Shown here piece by piece: positions 17,476-25,950 of a DNA stretch of 25,950 nt. Source of the DNA: Bdellovibrionota bacterium (GTDB lineage: Bacteria > Bdellovibrionota_C > UBA2361 > OMII01); assembly GCA_044356215.1 (NCBI GenBank), contig JBIKWQ010000051.1, positions 1-25,950 on the forward strand, read 5' to 3'. Position 1 is the stretch's first letter; each line of letters opens with the position of its first letter. The notes beneath the pieces are model-generated. The model did no database searches. It was not told where the DNA came from and worked only from the letters and a program-made list of their open reading frames with translations. The translations under genes were made by a program, and so were the position numbers.

Positions 17476-19071
17476 ATGCGAGACGAATCTTCAACCACGT
17501 CGCTGTATCAAGACCTGAGCCAATTCCAAGTTGATCAAGCCCCGGTTTGTTTCAATCCGAATTCGTCCAGTTCTACTACGTCGTTGAAGTTATCGCGAGA
17601 TGAGATGAATCTCGCTGAGTTTCCTTTAACTGTTCTCTCCAAGCGATCTGATCCGTCGGTTAAAACCTTAGAGTTCTCTGATCATGTTAAAGGAAAAAAT
17701 GGAGATCTGATTAATCGGAAGTGGATCATTACAGGAGCTGATAAATTTGGATTGCCAACTTCTTCAGATGATGAAGTTTTGCTGGGCCTGTTGAAGCTCA
17801 CCGCGGATGATGGACTTAGATCAAGAAAGATTCATTTCACTCGCTATGAGCTCTTGCGAATTCTTCGCTGGACAACAGAGGGACGGAGTTACACGCGTCT
17901 TCAGAACGCGCTGGATAGACTGAGCGGAGTTCGTATAAAGGCCTCAAACGCCTTTTATGATAATGAGAGCAAGCTTCACAGCACTCGCAATTTCGGAATA
18001 ATAGACGCTTACGAGATCAATGATGGGCGAGACACGAGACCTAGCTTCTTTACTTGGAGCGAGGTGCTCTTTAAGTCGTTTCAAGTTGGCTTTATTAAAA
18101 AACTCGATCTAGATTTTTATCTGGATCTAGAGAGCGCGGTATCGAAACGGCTGTACAGATATCTCGACAAGCACTTTTGGTATCGTTCGCGAATACAGGT
18201 GAATCTGTTCACTTTAGCTCATGAGAAGATTGGAGTGTCCCGCAACTACGTTTACGCTAGCTCTCTTAGACAGCAAATAGAGCCAGCCCTTGAAGAGTTG
18301 AGGAATCGAGGGATTTTAAGTGAATATGATTTTACCGGTAAGGGAAAATCAACTGATGTCATAATGGTCGCGGCGCACGCGCCGAAAAAGAGTGTGCCTT
18401 CTCAGGTAGTGGATGTTGATAGATCGGCAGCAGAGGATAAGCGGGAGGATCTATCAGCAGAGGCTTTAGCGGAGCGAGTGAGGAGGGCGTTAGTTGAGCG
18501 TGGGCTCGCGGATAAGCAGAGCCTAAAGCTAACGGCAGGGCAGGGGACCGCTACTTTAGAGAGGATGCTTTTGATAGTGACGCGCTTTGATGAACTGATT
18601 AACTCGCGGAGTTCCTTAGTCAGCAGGAGTCCGACAGGATTTTTATATCGAGCCGTTGAGAGGCCCTTTGAGTTTGTCCTGCCAGGTGAAAAGAAGCCGA
18701 AGCAGGGAGAGTTGAATTTAGAATCTGAGAATCGACAAGGTAATAAGAGTGGCCCAGCGCAAGCAGGGGTAGGAGCGACAGCCGCGGAGAAAAGTAGCCT
18801 AAACGACCCGTCCCTAAAGAGATCGATGAAATTAAACTTAGAGGTTCAGTATCTGACAGAGCGTAAGGAGACATTGGACCAGGTTTTAGCGCGTAGCTCA
18901 ATGAAGGAGAGGGAGCAGGTGCGCCAGGAAGTTGAAAAGGCACTGGCTAAATTGCGCGCTCATATCTCGCCGCAGCGTTTCTCAGAGGCAGTTCAACACG
19001 GAATGGAGCAGAGGTTGTTGGATTCGTATGGATTCCCAGAGTTCGATGTCTGGGCTCAGAAGAGAATGTAA
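17476..19071 (+). CDS. repA: Plasmid-type replication initiator protein A (RPA/RepA-like, winged helix)
   Basis: RDEMNLAEFPL, GLPT..D.EVLLGL, FTRYELLRIL.W...GRSY.RL..AL.RL, KRLYRYLDKHF match replication initiator protein A homologues as I recall them; context of parAB and phased repeats agrees. Confidence 0.8.
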   Translation: MRDESSTTSLYQDLSQFQVDQAPVCFNPNSSSSTTSLKLSRDEMNLAEFPLTVLSKRSDPSVKTLEFSDHVKGKNGDLINRKWIITGADKFGLPTSSDDEVLLGLLKLTADDGLRSRKIHFTRYELLRILRWTTEGRSYTRLQNALDRLSGVRIKASNAFYDNESKLHSTRNFGIIDAYEINDGRDTRPSFFTWSEVLFKSFQVGFIKKLDLDFYLDLESAVSKRLYRYLDKHFWYRSRIQVNLFTLAHEKIGVSRNYVYASSLRQQIEPALEELRNRGILSEYDFTGKGKSTDVIMVAAHAPKKSVPSQVVDVDRSAAEDKREDLSAEALAERVRRALVERGLADKQSLKLTAGQGTATLERMLLIVTRFDELINSRSSLVSRSPTGFLYRAVERPFEFVLPGEKKPKQGELNLESENRQGNKSGPAQAGVGATAAEKSSLNDPSLKRSMKLNLEVQYLTERKETLDQVLARSSMKEREQVRQEVEKALAKLRAHISPQRFSEAVQHGMEQRLLDSYGFPEFDVWAQKRM

Positions 19072-19453
19072 TATACCCCGACTGAATAGACTGTTCCCCC
19101 AGGCGGCCAGCTTATCTCGTTGGTCGTTATACTCGCATTTACCCGTAGCTAGGATGCGGTTACCACCATCCCCGATTCAAAGCTACCACTGTTATTACAA
19201 GATTCGACTAAGTTTCTATACTTTTTCCCCCTAGAACTGGCGACTCTGATCTAGAAAAACTTCAGGCTACTACAAGCACCAAACTAGCATCTTAAACCCT
19301 TGGATAAGTCTTTGTACTTACCCAGGAAGTTGGGGGTCTGTAGAGAACAATAGAAGTGATCAAGCAATCAAGATCAGATCTGAAGCAGTAGTAGTAAACG
19401 AGAGCGACTCTAGAAAGCGCTTTAAACATTTACACACGGAGCCGATTGTAGAA

Positions 19454-22400
19454 GTGAGGATGTGCTACTTACGCGATCAGAAAACTAGCGAGTACTTGTG
19501 TGGGATCTCTTCTCGCATAGGACGGAGCGCAAGCGCGCTTATGCTGGTCGTGTATCTAGTCGCTGCGCTGCTCTCTCTGGTTACCTTTAGCGCTTACGCC
19601 CAAGTCTCAGTTGTTGGCTCGTCAACATCAACAGATTCTACAACTGCTTCAGCACGAAAAACATTCTTCGATTCAGGTTCAAGTAACCACTGGGCATTCT
19701 GGTATACCGGCTCTCAGATCGATTACGCGTCGTCGTCTGACGCGATTACTTGGACCACTCGCGGAAATCTCGCTTACAACACGCCGAATTTCTCAGTAGC
19801 GTTTAAAGTTATCGCGGGTACTTCGTATGTCTTCCTAGTCAGTGAGGCTAACACCTATGACATCGTGATTAGGCGGGGAAGTATATCTGGGACTACGATC
19901 ACCTTCGATGCCGCCGTAACTGTTCTAGACGGCACCTCGGCGAGTGATAACTACATTCTGCCTCATGTGATGCTCGATAGTAACGATAAGGTCTGGACCG
20001 CCGCGTTTAAGGACCTAGGAGATGTAGGTGACAGATACCACGCGACGGCGCGCAGGACGACTAACGCAGGGTCATCAGCACTGACATTCGACGCGGCTAG
20101 TTCATTTGGTAAGCCAGCCGGAGAGATCGCGGCGGTCGCCCTCGCGCCGTTATCGTCAGGTAATATGTTGGCGACCGTATCAGGCGAGAGCGGGAGCAAT
20201 ATAATCGCATATCTGTACAACGGCACGTCGTGGTCTCTGGCGAATGGCGGAGGAGACATGGGCGGACTGCAGTTCGCGCAGTCGGGAGCCAATGAGGAGG
20301 TGAGGGCGCTACTGAGGGACTCTGGTACAAATATATATGCGGCGGGTAGCTTCACCTCGATAGGTGGCGCCATGGCGTCACGTGTAGCGCAGTTTAATGG
20401 AACATCGTGGAGGGGCTTAGGAGCTGGGGTTTCCGGAACCGCATACGCGTTAGCTCTGGACTCGACCGGGAATCTCTACGTTGGAGGAGATTTCACGACC
20501 GCCGCGAGCGTCACCGTAAACAATATAGCACGCTGGAACGGGGCTTCATGGACAAGTCTTGGTGGCGGGGTGAATGGTATTGTGTATGCTTTGGCGATCG
20601 ACTCAAGTGGGAAGGTATACGCTGGAGGTGCCTTCACTAGCGCTGCGGGAACGACGGTCAATTACATTGCCCAATGGAACGGCTCTTCTTGGTCCAGCCT
20701 CGGCACTGGCATGAATGCCCAGGTTAATTCACTCGCTGTTGACTCAACGAACAAGCTATACGTCGGAGGTTCATTTGGTACCGCATCTGGAACCACTGTC
20801 AACAACATCGCTCAATGGAACGGTAGTTCCTGGGCTGGTCTAAGCTCGGGAATGGACGGTGTAGTTAACGCACTGATAGTTGACTCAAGCGACCGACTTT
20901 ATGCAGGTGGAACATTTCTTACGGCAGGAGGCAGCTCCATAAATCGAATCGCTCAGTGGAACGGATCAACTTGGAGCGGTCTGGGAGCAGGTGCCGATTC
21001 CACAGTTCGAAGTTTAGCACTTGACTCAACCGGTAGAGTTTATGTTGGAGGTAACTTTACCAGTCCGGCGACTCGAATAGCCAGGTGGAACGGAACGTCC
21101 TGGTCCGGTTTTAGTACCGGTATTAATTCGTGGGTCTACGCGATTGCAGTTGATACATCCTCAAATGTTTACGCAGGAGGCGCCTTTTCCTCTGCGGCAG
21201 GAACCTTATTCGAAAATATTGCAAGATGGAACGGAACCTCGTGGTCTGCCGGAGTTACAAAGGGAATAAACGGTTTGATAAATGCTGCTGCCTTTGACTC
21301 TAGCAATAATCTCTATGTGGGGGGTGATTTCACTACAATTGGTGGAATTACCGCCAATCGAATCGCCAAATGGAACGGCACCTCATGGTCGGCTCTAGGC
21401 ACAGGGACGAGCAACAGCGTTAACGCGATCGTCTATGAACCAATTAGTGGGAATCTTTATGTAGGTGGTGGATTCGGCGCAGCCGGCGGCGTCACTGTAA
21501 ACCGCATAGCCCGGTGGAATGGCACTGCCTGGTCGGCGATGGGAACAGGAACCGGAGGATCGTCTAGTGGGCTCACGGATTTAGAGGTTGACTCACTTGG
21601 AAACCTCTACGCTGTAGGTGCCTTTACAACTATGGATGGCATAACGGCTAATCGTGTCGCGAAATGGAATGGTTCAGCGTGGTCCGCCTTGGGAACAGGC
21701 GCGAGTGATTACGTAAACGCCTGTGCTGTTGATTCCTCTGATAACTTCTACATAGTTGGGGCGTTCGCATCTGTGAATGGCGTTACAGCCAACCGAGTGG
21801 CCAAGTGGAACGGCAGTGCTTGGTCAGCGATGGGCACCCTTTCAAGTCCGAGGTCTATCACGATAGACTCAACCGATGCTGTATACGTTGGAAGTAATGC
21901 ATCAACCAATAGGGTTCAAAAATGGAATGGAAGTAGTTGGGCCAGTGTAGGTAGTTGGAGCACTGGCAGCACAGAAGCAGTCGACTGCATGGTCACTGAC
22001 AGTAATAACAATCTTTATGTAGTCGGCGATTTTACCAACGCGGGAACGATATCAGCTAGCTATATCGCTAAATGGAACGGCACCTCTTGGTCAACAGTTG
22101 GCTCGGGACTCACCTCTGCAGCGCTTGCTATCACGGTTGACTCGAGTGATAACTTATACGCCGGAGGAGGCGACCTCACACACTTTATTCCTCTCGGGGC
22201 CAACAACCAGAATCTAGGCACCGTCTCATCACTAGTCGCAGGGGCGAGTGGAGCGGCGCATCTGTTCTATATCGATAGCTCCTCAGATGTTAAGGTAAGG
22301 AGCTATTCCGGCTCTCCAGCCTCATGGGGTAGTGTGACAAATGTCCATACCGGAACGGTATCGTCGCTATCAGCGGCGTACAATTCATCTACCAGTAAAC

Positions 22401-24745
22401 TAATCACCTGGTTTATCGATGTAGCTGATGTGCTCTACCGAGACGCAAGCAGTCCATTTACAACTTGGTCAGCAACTACCTCAGTCAGCGCCGCGGGGGT
22501 GCCGAAATCAGTGTCGTCTGATGTTGAGGCTAACAGTTCAGGTTTGGTTCTCTCAACCTGGAACCGCGCTGGCAGCTCGGCTGGCGAAGTCGTGGCGTCG
22601 TTAGGAACTCCAGGGCCAACTAATACGCCGACTGTCACACCGACCAGTACGCCTACGTTTACCGCCACCATAACACCGACTATTACACCGACATTTACCG
22701 CCAGTAATACACCGACGATCACGCCGACTGATACTCCAACGAATACACCTACTGATTCGCCAACCGTTACACCTACTTTTACCGCGAGCAACACGCCAAC
22801 AGTGACACCTACGTTGACGCCAACTAATACGGCAACTAACACGCCGACATCAACTCCGACAAACACGGCGACCAACACGCCAACAGTGACGCCAACTAGC
22901 ACACCCACCAGAACTCCGACCAACACCCCGACTCAGACGCCAACACAAACTCCGACTAATACTCCGACAGTTACACCTACGGCGACGCCGACACCGGTTT
23001 CCTATCTTGGCGAAGACGGCGAGTACCATGCTCTTGGGCCAACAGCGACTGCAACCCCTACAAGAACTCCTACCAATACACCAACAATCACACCTACAGG
23101 CACACCCACAAATACGCCTACAAACACCCCATCGATCACACCGACTAGAACTCCTACCTCGACTCCTACTAATACCCCGACAAACACACCGACCAATACA
23201 CCGACTGATACCTCAACCAACACTCCAACAATCACCCCAACCAATACACCCACCAACACCCCAACAGCAACCCCAACATCAACCCCATCAGCCACCCCAA
23301 CCCGCGGCGGGTCGCAGAGTGTGACACTTACTAAGGACCCAACAGCGGCATTAACTGATGTTGACTTAGGCGCCGGCACAATGGTGATAAAATTCAGCAT
23401 CGCCTGGAATTATTCCTGGCGCAAAGCTACTGCGCCTAACAACTGGGATGCCATGTGGTTCTTTGTGAAGTTCCGTAAAAATCTAGGCCAGTGGCAGACG
23501 ATGACATTTACTGATACCGGCCACACAATTCCATCAGGAGCAGCAATCGATATCGGTTTGCGTGACCCAAACAGTAGTTACAACAGTACAACAAATAGAG
23601 GGGTAGGGGCGTTTATCTATAAAGACTCTGCAGGTTTTGGCACAAATACCTTTAACGATATTAAGCTTAAATGGCCGTATGCTCTGGACGGTGTTCAACA
23701 AGGCGACCGAATCGACTTGCAATTTAACGCTATTCATATGGTGTATGTCCCTACAGAGAGCTTCTATGCAGGGGATGATAACACTTCAAGTAGCTCGTTT
23801 AAGCAGTCTGGATCTAATAGCGCTGTGCAGATAACTGGTGAGGGCGAAACGACCGTGTATGTTGGAGCGACTGGATACACTGTGCCTGCTGGATTTCCTA
23901 AGGGCTACAAAGGATTCTATGTAATGCGTCACGAACTTGCTCAGGAGCAGTATCGAAATTTCTTTAACACGTTACCAACAACGGGAAGTGCTAGAGCAAA
24001 TAGAGATGTCACAGATAGCACAGGTAAAAACTCTGATAACTTAGTGAGCCGAAACAATATCAGTTGGGACTCAAGCAATCTCGCTAACGATATGAGTGTA
24101 CCTGATAGAGACTCGCCAAATTCTAGAACCTACTGCTCGGTGGCGATGAGTTACTTAAGTTGGGATGACTTAACAGCTTATCTTGATTGGGCGGGATTAA
24201 GACCGATGAGTGAGCTAGAGTATGAGAAAGCAGCGAGGGGTCCAACATCACCTGTTGCTGGAGAGTACGCATGGGGAAGCACCAATTATCAGAACGCCAG
24301 TGGTGTATCTAGTCCTGGAAGGATTAACGAGGTGCCTACCACAGTAGGGGATAATATAAATTTTGGTGGAGGTCTTGGTGGTCCAGTCAGGGTTGGATCA
24401 TTTGCGGCATTAAATTACGGAAGAGCTTCGAGAGAGAATGCTGGTGGTGGTTACTACGGGGCTTTAGAACTAAGCGGGAATGTCTATGAACGGGTTGTTA
24501 CTGTAGCTAACAGTGATGGCAGGAATTATACGGGTGTTCATGGAGATGGGGCGCTTGATTCAAATGGGAGGGCTAACGAGAGTAATTGGCCGTCACCAAC
24601 TAGTGCTTCTGGCTCTGGATTCCGTGGGGGAAGCTGGAATGTGGCTTCGTCGTATTGCCGGGTGTCTGACCGGTCGACCGCTGGGACGGCTGATACAAGT
24701 CGTGGGTCTGATTACGGAGGGCGAGGGGTGAGGACGGCGCCGTAG
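19454..24745 (+). CDS. Large secreted/surface protein: signal peptide, beta-propeller repeats, Thr-Pro linker, C-terminal FGE-sulfatase (SUMF1, CLec-fold) domain
   Basis: Signal ending SAYA-Q; 14 [WFY]NGxxW repeats of about 47 aa; TPT repeats; [48 protein letters not shown]...GGRGVR. Start uncertain (19454, 19460 or 19541). Confidence 0.85.
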   Translation: MRMCYLRDQKTSEYLCGISSRIGRSASALMLVVYLVAALLSLVTFSAYAQVSVVGSSTSTDSTTASARKTFFDSGSSNHWAFWYTGSQIDYASSSDAITWTTRGNLAYNTPNFSVAFKVIAGTSYVFLVSEANTYDIVIRRGSISGTTITFDAAVTVLDGTSASDNYILPHVMLDSNDKVWTAAFKDLGDVGDRYHATARRTTNAGSSALTFDAASSFGKPAGEIAAVALAPLSSGNMLATVSGESGSNIIAYLYNGTSWSLANGGGDMGGLQFAQSGANEEVRALLRDSGTNIYAAGSFTSIGGAMASRVAQFNGTSWRGLGAGVSGTAYALALDSTGNLYVGGDFTTAASVTVNNIARWNGASWTSLGGGVNGIVYALAIDSSGKVYAGGAFTSAAGTTVNYIAQWNGSSWSSLGTGMNAQVNSLAVDSTNKLYVGGSFGTASGTTVNNIAQWNGSSWAGLSSGMDGVVNALIVDSSDRLYAGGTFLTAGGSSINRIAQWNGSTWSGLGAGADSTVRSLALDSTGRVYVGGNFTSPATRIARWNGTSWSGFSTGINSWVYAIAVDTSSNVYAGGAFSSAAGTLFENIARWNGTSWSAGVTKGINGLINAAAFDSSNNLYVGGDFTTIGGITANRIAKWNGTSWSALGTGTSNSVNAIVYEPISGNLYVGGGFGAAGGVTVNRIARWNGTAWSAMGTGTGGSSSGLTDLEVDSLGNLYAVGAFTTMDGITANRVAKWNGSAWSALGTGASDYVNACAVDSSDNFYIVGAFASVNGVTANRVAKWNGSAWSAMGTLSSPRSITIDSTDAVYVGSNASTNRVQKWNGSSWASVGSWSTGSTEAVDCMVTDSNNNLYVVGDFTNAGTISASYIAKWNGTSWSTVGSGLTSAALAITVDSSDNLYAGGGDLTHFIPLGANNQNLGTVSSLVAGASGAAHLFYIDSSSDVKVRSYSGSPASWGSVTNVHTGTVSSLSAAYNSSTSKLITWFIDVADVLYRDASSPFTTWSATTSVSAAGVPKSVSSDVEANSSGLVLSTWNRAGSSAGEVVASLGTPGPTNTPTVTPTSTPTFTATITPTITPTFTASNTPTITPTDTPTNTPTDSPTVTPTFTASNTPTVTPTLTPTNTATNTPTSTPTNTATNTPTVTPTSTPTRTPTNTPTQTPTQTPTNTPTVTPTATPTPVSYLGEDGEYHALGPTATATPTRTPTNTPTITPTGTPTNTPTNTPSITPTRTPTSTPTNTPTNTPTNTPTDTSTNTPTITPTNTPTNTPTATPTSTPSATPTRGGSQSVTLTKDPTAALTDVDLGAGTMVIKFSIAWNYSWRKATAPNNWDAMWFFVKFRKNLGQWQTMTFTDTGHTIPSGAAIDIGLRDPNSSYNSTTNRGVGAFIYKDSAGFGTNTFNDIKLKWPYALDGVQQGDRIDLQFNAIHMVYVPTESFYAGDDNTSSSSFKQSGSNSAVQITGEGETTVYVGATGYTVPAGFPKGYKGFYVMRHELAQEQYRNFFNTLPTTGSARANRDVTDSTGKNSDNLVSRNNISWDSSNLANDMSVPDRDSPNSRTYCSVAMSYLSWDDLTAYLDWAGLRPMSELEYEKAARGPTSPVAGEYAWGSTNYQNASGVSSPGRINEVPTTVGDNINFGGGLGGPVRVGSFAALNYGRASRENAGGGYYGALELSGNVYERVVTVANSDGRNYTGVHGDGALDSNGRANESNWPSPTSASGSGFRGGSWNVASSYCRVSDRSTAGTADTSRGSDYGGRGVRTAP
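22606..23305 (+). repeat. Low-complexity Thr-Pro (TPTx)n coding repeat, a linker or stalk
   Basis: Degenerate 12-bp-period repeats encoding [12 protein letters not shown], interrupted by [15 protein letters not shown]. Confidence 0.9.
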
Positions 24746-24755
24746 TATAATAAAC

Positions 24756-24963
24756 CGACATGCGACATGCGTCTCACGTTTTGCGAAAGACGTGTACGTG
24801 TTACGTACCACGCCGGTCGTTGTCGCTAGGAGTTCTTCGTGTTTCACCCTCGGTAGTAAAAAAATATTCAGCTACAGAAACAATCAACGTCACAACTACG
24901 TATCACGTCTAACGTAAAACGTAATACTCATAACGTCCTACGCGATACGCATGTCACATGTCG
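24756..24963. repeat. Inverted pair of 7-bp-period arrays with 24-bp imperfect terminal inverted repeats
   Basis: CGACATG CGACATG CGTCTCA CGTTTTG CGAAAGA... versus ...TACGTAT CACGTCT AACGTAA AACGTAA TACTCAT AACGTCC TACGCGA TACGCAT GTCACAT GTCG; 24756-24779 and 24940-24963 are 21/24 complementary. Confidence 0.75.
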
Positions 24964-25019
24964 AACTAAAAACTCGCTATTACCAATATTTTAATCACTT
25001 GGTATGAGGTTCGCGGCCC

Positions 25020-25160
25020 ACTCGGACCGCGCGCCTCTGGCGCGCTTTGCTACGGCGTCCGGTATCCGTTACATGCGACGCTAACTCGGACCGCGCGCCT
25101 CTGGCGCGCTTTGCTACGGCGTCCGGTATCCGTTACAAGCGGCGCGGGAGCGCCGCGGTC
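25020..25160. repeat. REP/BIME-like cluster: two 54-bp direct repeats plus an inverted hairpin unit
   Basis: 25020-25073 equals 25084-25137, each with GGACC-GCGCGCC-TCT-GGCGCGC; then GCGGCGC-GGGA-GCGCCGC-GGTC (25139-25160). Confidence 0.8.
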
Positions 25161-25835
25161 GTGCGCCCATGAGGCGTACAAACCCTGATTGGTGGAAGAC
25201 CAATCCGTAGATGCCCTAGTCTACGAAACCGAGAGTAACTGCGTGTCCGTGAGGACAGGTGGGAAGCAACAGGAGGTGAGTAATCGGTCCGTAATAAAAA
25301 GTGTAAATCCACTGAGTGTGAACGTGATTCAGCTCTGTAGTGAGGCGAGCTTGTGACCGAATGGCGAAGCCGATCTCTTGGGGATAAGTAGGAGCACTCC
25401 CAGGATCGCTATGGGGTGGTTGACGACGGAACGATAACAAAGGGTTGTACGAGTAAGTGGGGATACCTGTGGAGGAAGGAGACCCCCACAGGAGTGAGAG
25501 CTGTCATAGTAGCCGTGAAGCTGGGTAACTCCAGTGGAGCCAAGGGCAGTAGGGAGATGGATGAATGAGGGATAAAGATGCCTGAGGAAAATAAGCCGTC
25601 AGAGGCAGTGGCGGAAACGCCTAAACGCGCTGAAGAAATCGCATGGATGGAAGCAAGCGTCTGGACCCCTCGCATGGTGGAGGCACTGAAAAACGGTGTC
25701 AAAGGAGGAAAATGGTATAGCATCAACGACAAGGTATACAAACGAGATAACCTGAAAGCGTCCTATGAACGGACCAAACGGAACAAAGGGACACAGGGGG
25801 TCGACAACATCAGCATCAAGTTCTTCGGAAAGTAC
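25161..25835 (+). mobile_element. Group II intron 5' part (likely class IIC), interrupted by a MITE
   Basis: 5' GTGCGCCC boundary 4 nt after a GC hairpin; GGTGGAAGACC D1 motif; D3-like GGAGTGAGAGCTGTCATAGTAGCCGTGAAGCTGGGTAACTCCAGTGGAGCCAAGGGC; about 420 nt before the RT ORF. Confidence 0.8.
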
Positions 25836-25883
25836 CTAGGGAAGGCCGGCAAAACCTCTCCCTACTGCGAAAGCGGATCTTGA
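25578..25883 (+). pseudogene. ltrA: N-terminus of group II intron reverse transcriptase/maturase, disrupted at 25836 by MITE
   Basis: SVWTPRM..AL.NGVKGGKWYSINDKVY..DNL..SY.R...NKG.QGVD (RT0-like region); the frame runs into MITE sequence and stops at 25883. Confidence 0.82.
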
Positions 25884-25950
25884 GCTGCTCTTCGAGTTTT
25901 CGAGATGGGAAAAAATCCTCAATGTATCACAGGGGATACACTTGCGGTTT
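25836..25950. mobile_element. Second MITE copy (truncated by the window end)
   Basis: Near-identical to 10430-10537 plus 10606 onward, lacking the 68-bp nested insert. Confidence 0.9.

Noticed and set aside
19072..19453. Intergenic region after repA as an ncRNA or DnaA-box cluster
   Set aside because: No recognisable RNA family, repeat or consensus DnaA box by eye; ORF 18932-19234 overlaps repA out of frame and has no motif
22435..23400. Minus-strand Val/Gly-rich ORFs (22435-22926, 23002-23400)
   Set aside because: Antisense shadows of the Thr-Pro repeat
25020..25137. Two 54-bp direct repeats as a CRISPR array
   Set aside because: Only two units, a 10-bp spacer and no cas genes; REP-like hairpins fit better
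25578..25883. RT as a DGR or retron RT serving the upstream CLec-domain gene
   Set aside because: It is preceded by a GTGCG boundary and group II intron D1-D3 motifs and has an intron-type N-terminus; no Avd, TR or msr-msd seen

Overview
A bacterial genomic window (taxon not determinable from sequence alone) that mixes housekeeping genes with a replication/partition module and several small mobile or repeat elements. Left: a metallophosphoesterase, and an AAA_14/DUF4143-type ATPase-nuclease gene flanked by a partial, internally deleted duplicate of the phosphoesterase gene. These are followed by a GT-B glycosyltransferase, a ppk1-ppx operon, a LivJ-like solute-binding protein and a GT87-like membrane glycosyltransferase. 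Middle: a 259-bp CTAG-bounded MITE with a nested REP-like hairpin, a small Gly-rich membrane protein and a proteasome-beta/Ntn-hydrolase-like ORF with an N-terminal Ser. Next is a minus-strand run parA-parB-folC-ispA-DAACS. Two copies of a non-canonical 17-bp palindrome (TGTCCCACCGTGGGACA, candidate parS) lie just behind parB. Divergent from parA is a plasmid-type replication initiator (RepA/RPA-like), and the spacer between them holds six TCGTG-core repeats phased at 22-23 bp followed by an AT-rich tract. This looks like a complete iteron-type origin plus ParABS embedded in core genes (chromid-like, or a Rep-driven chromosomal origin) and is the most interesting feature here. Right: a 1763-aa secreted beta-propeller/Thr-Pro/FGE-sulfatase(CLec-fold) protein, a 7-bp-period inverted-repeat element, a REP-like cluster, and a group II intron (probably class C) whose RT gene is interrupted by a second copy of the MITE at the window end. 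All calls come from visual motif recognition; no database searches were run.
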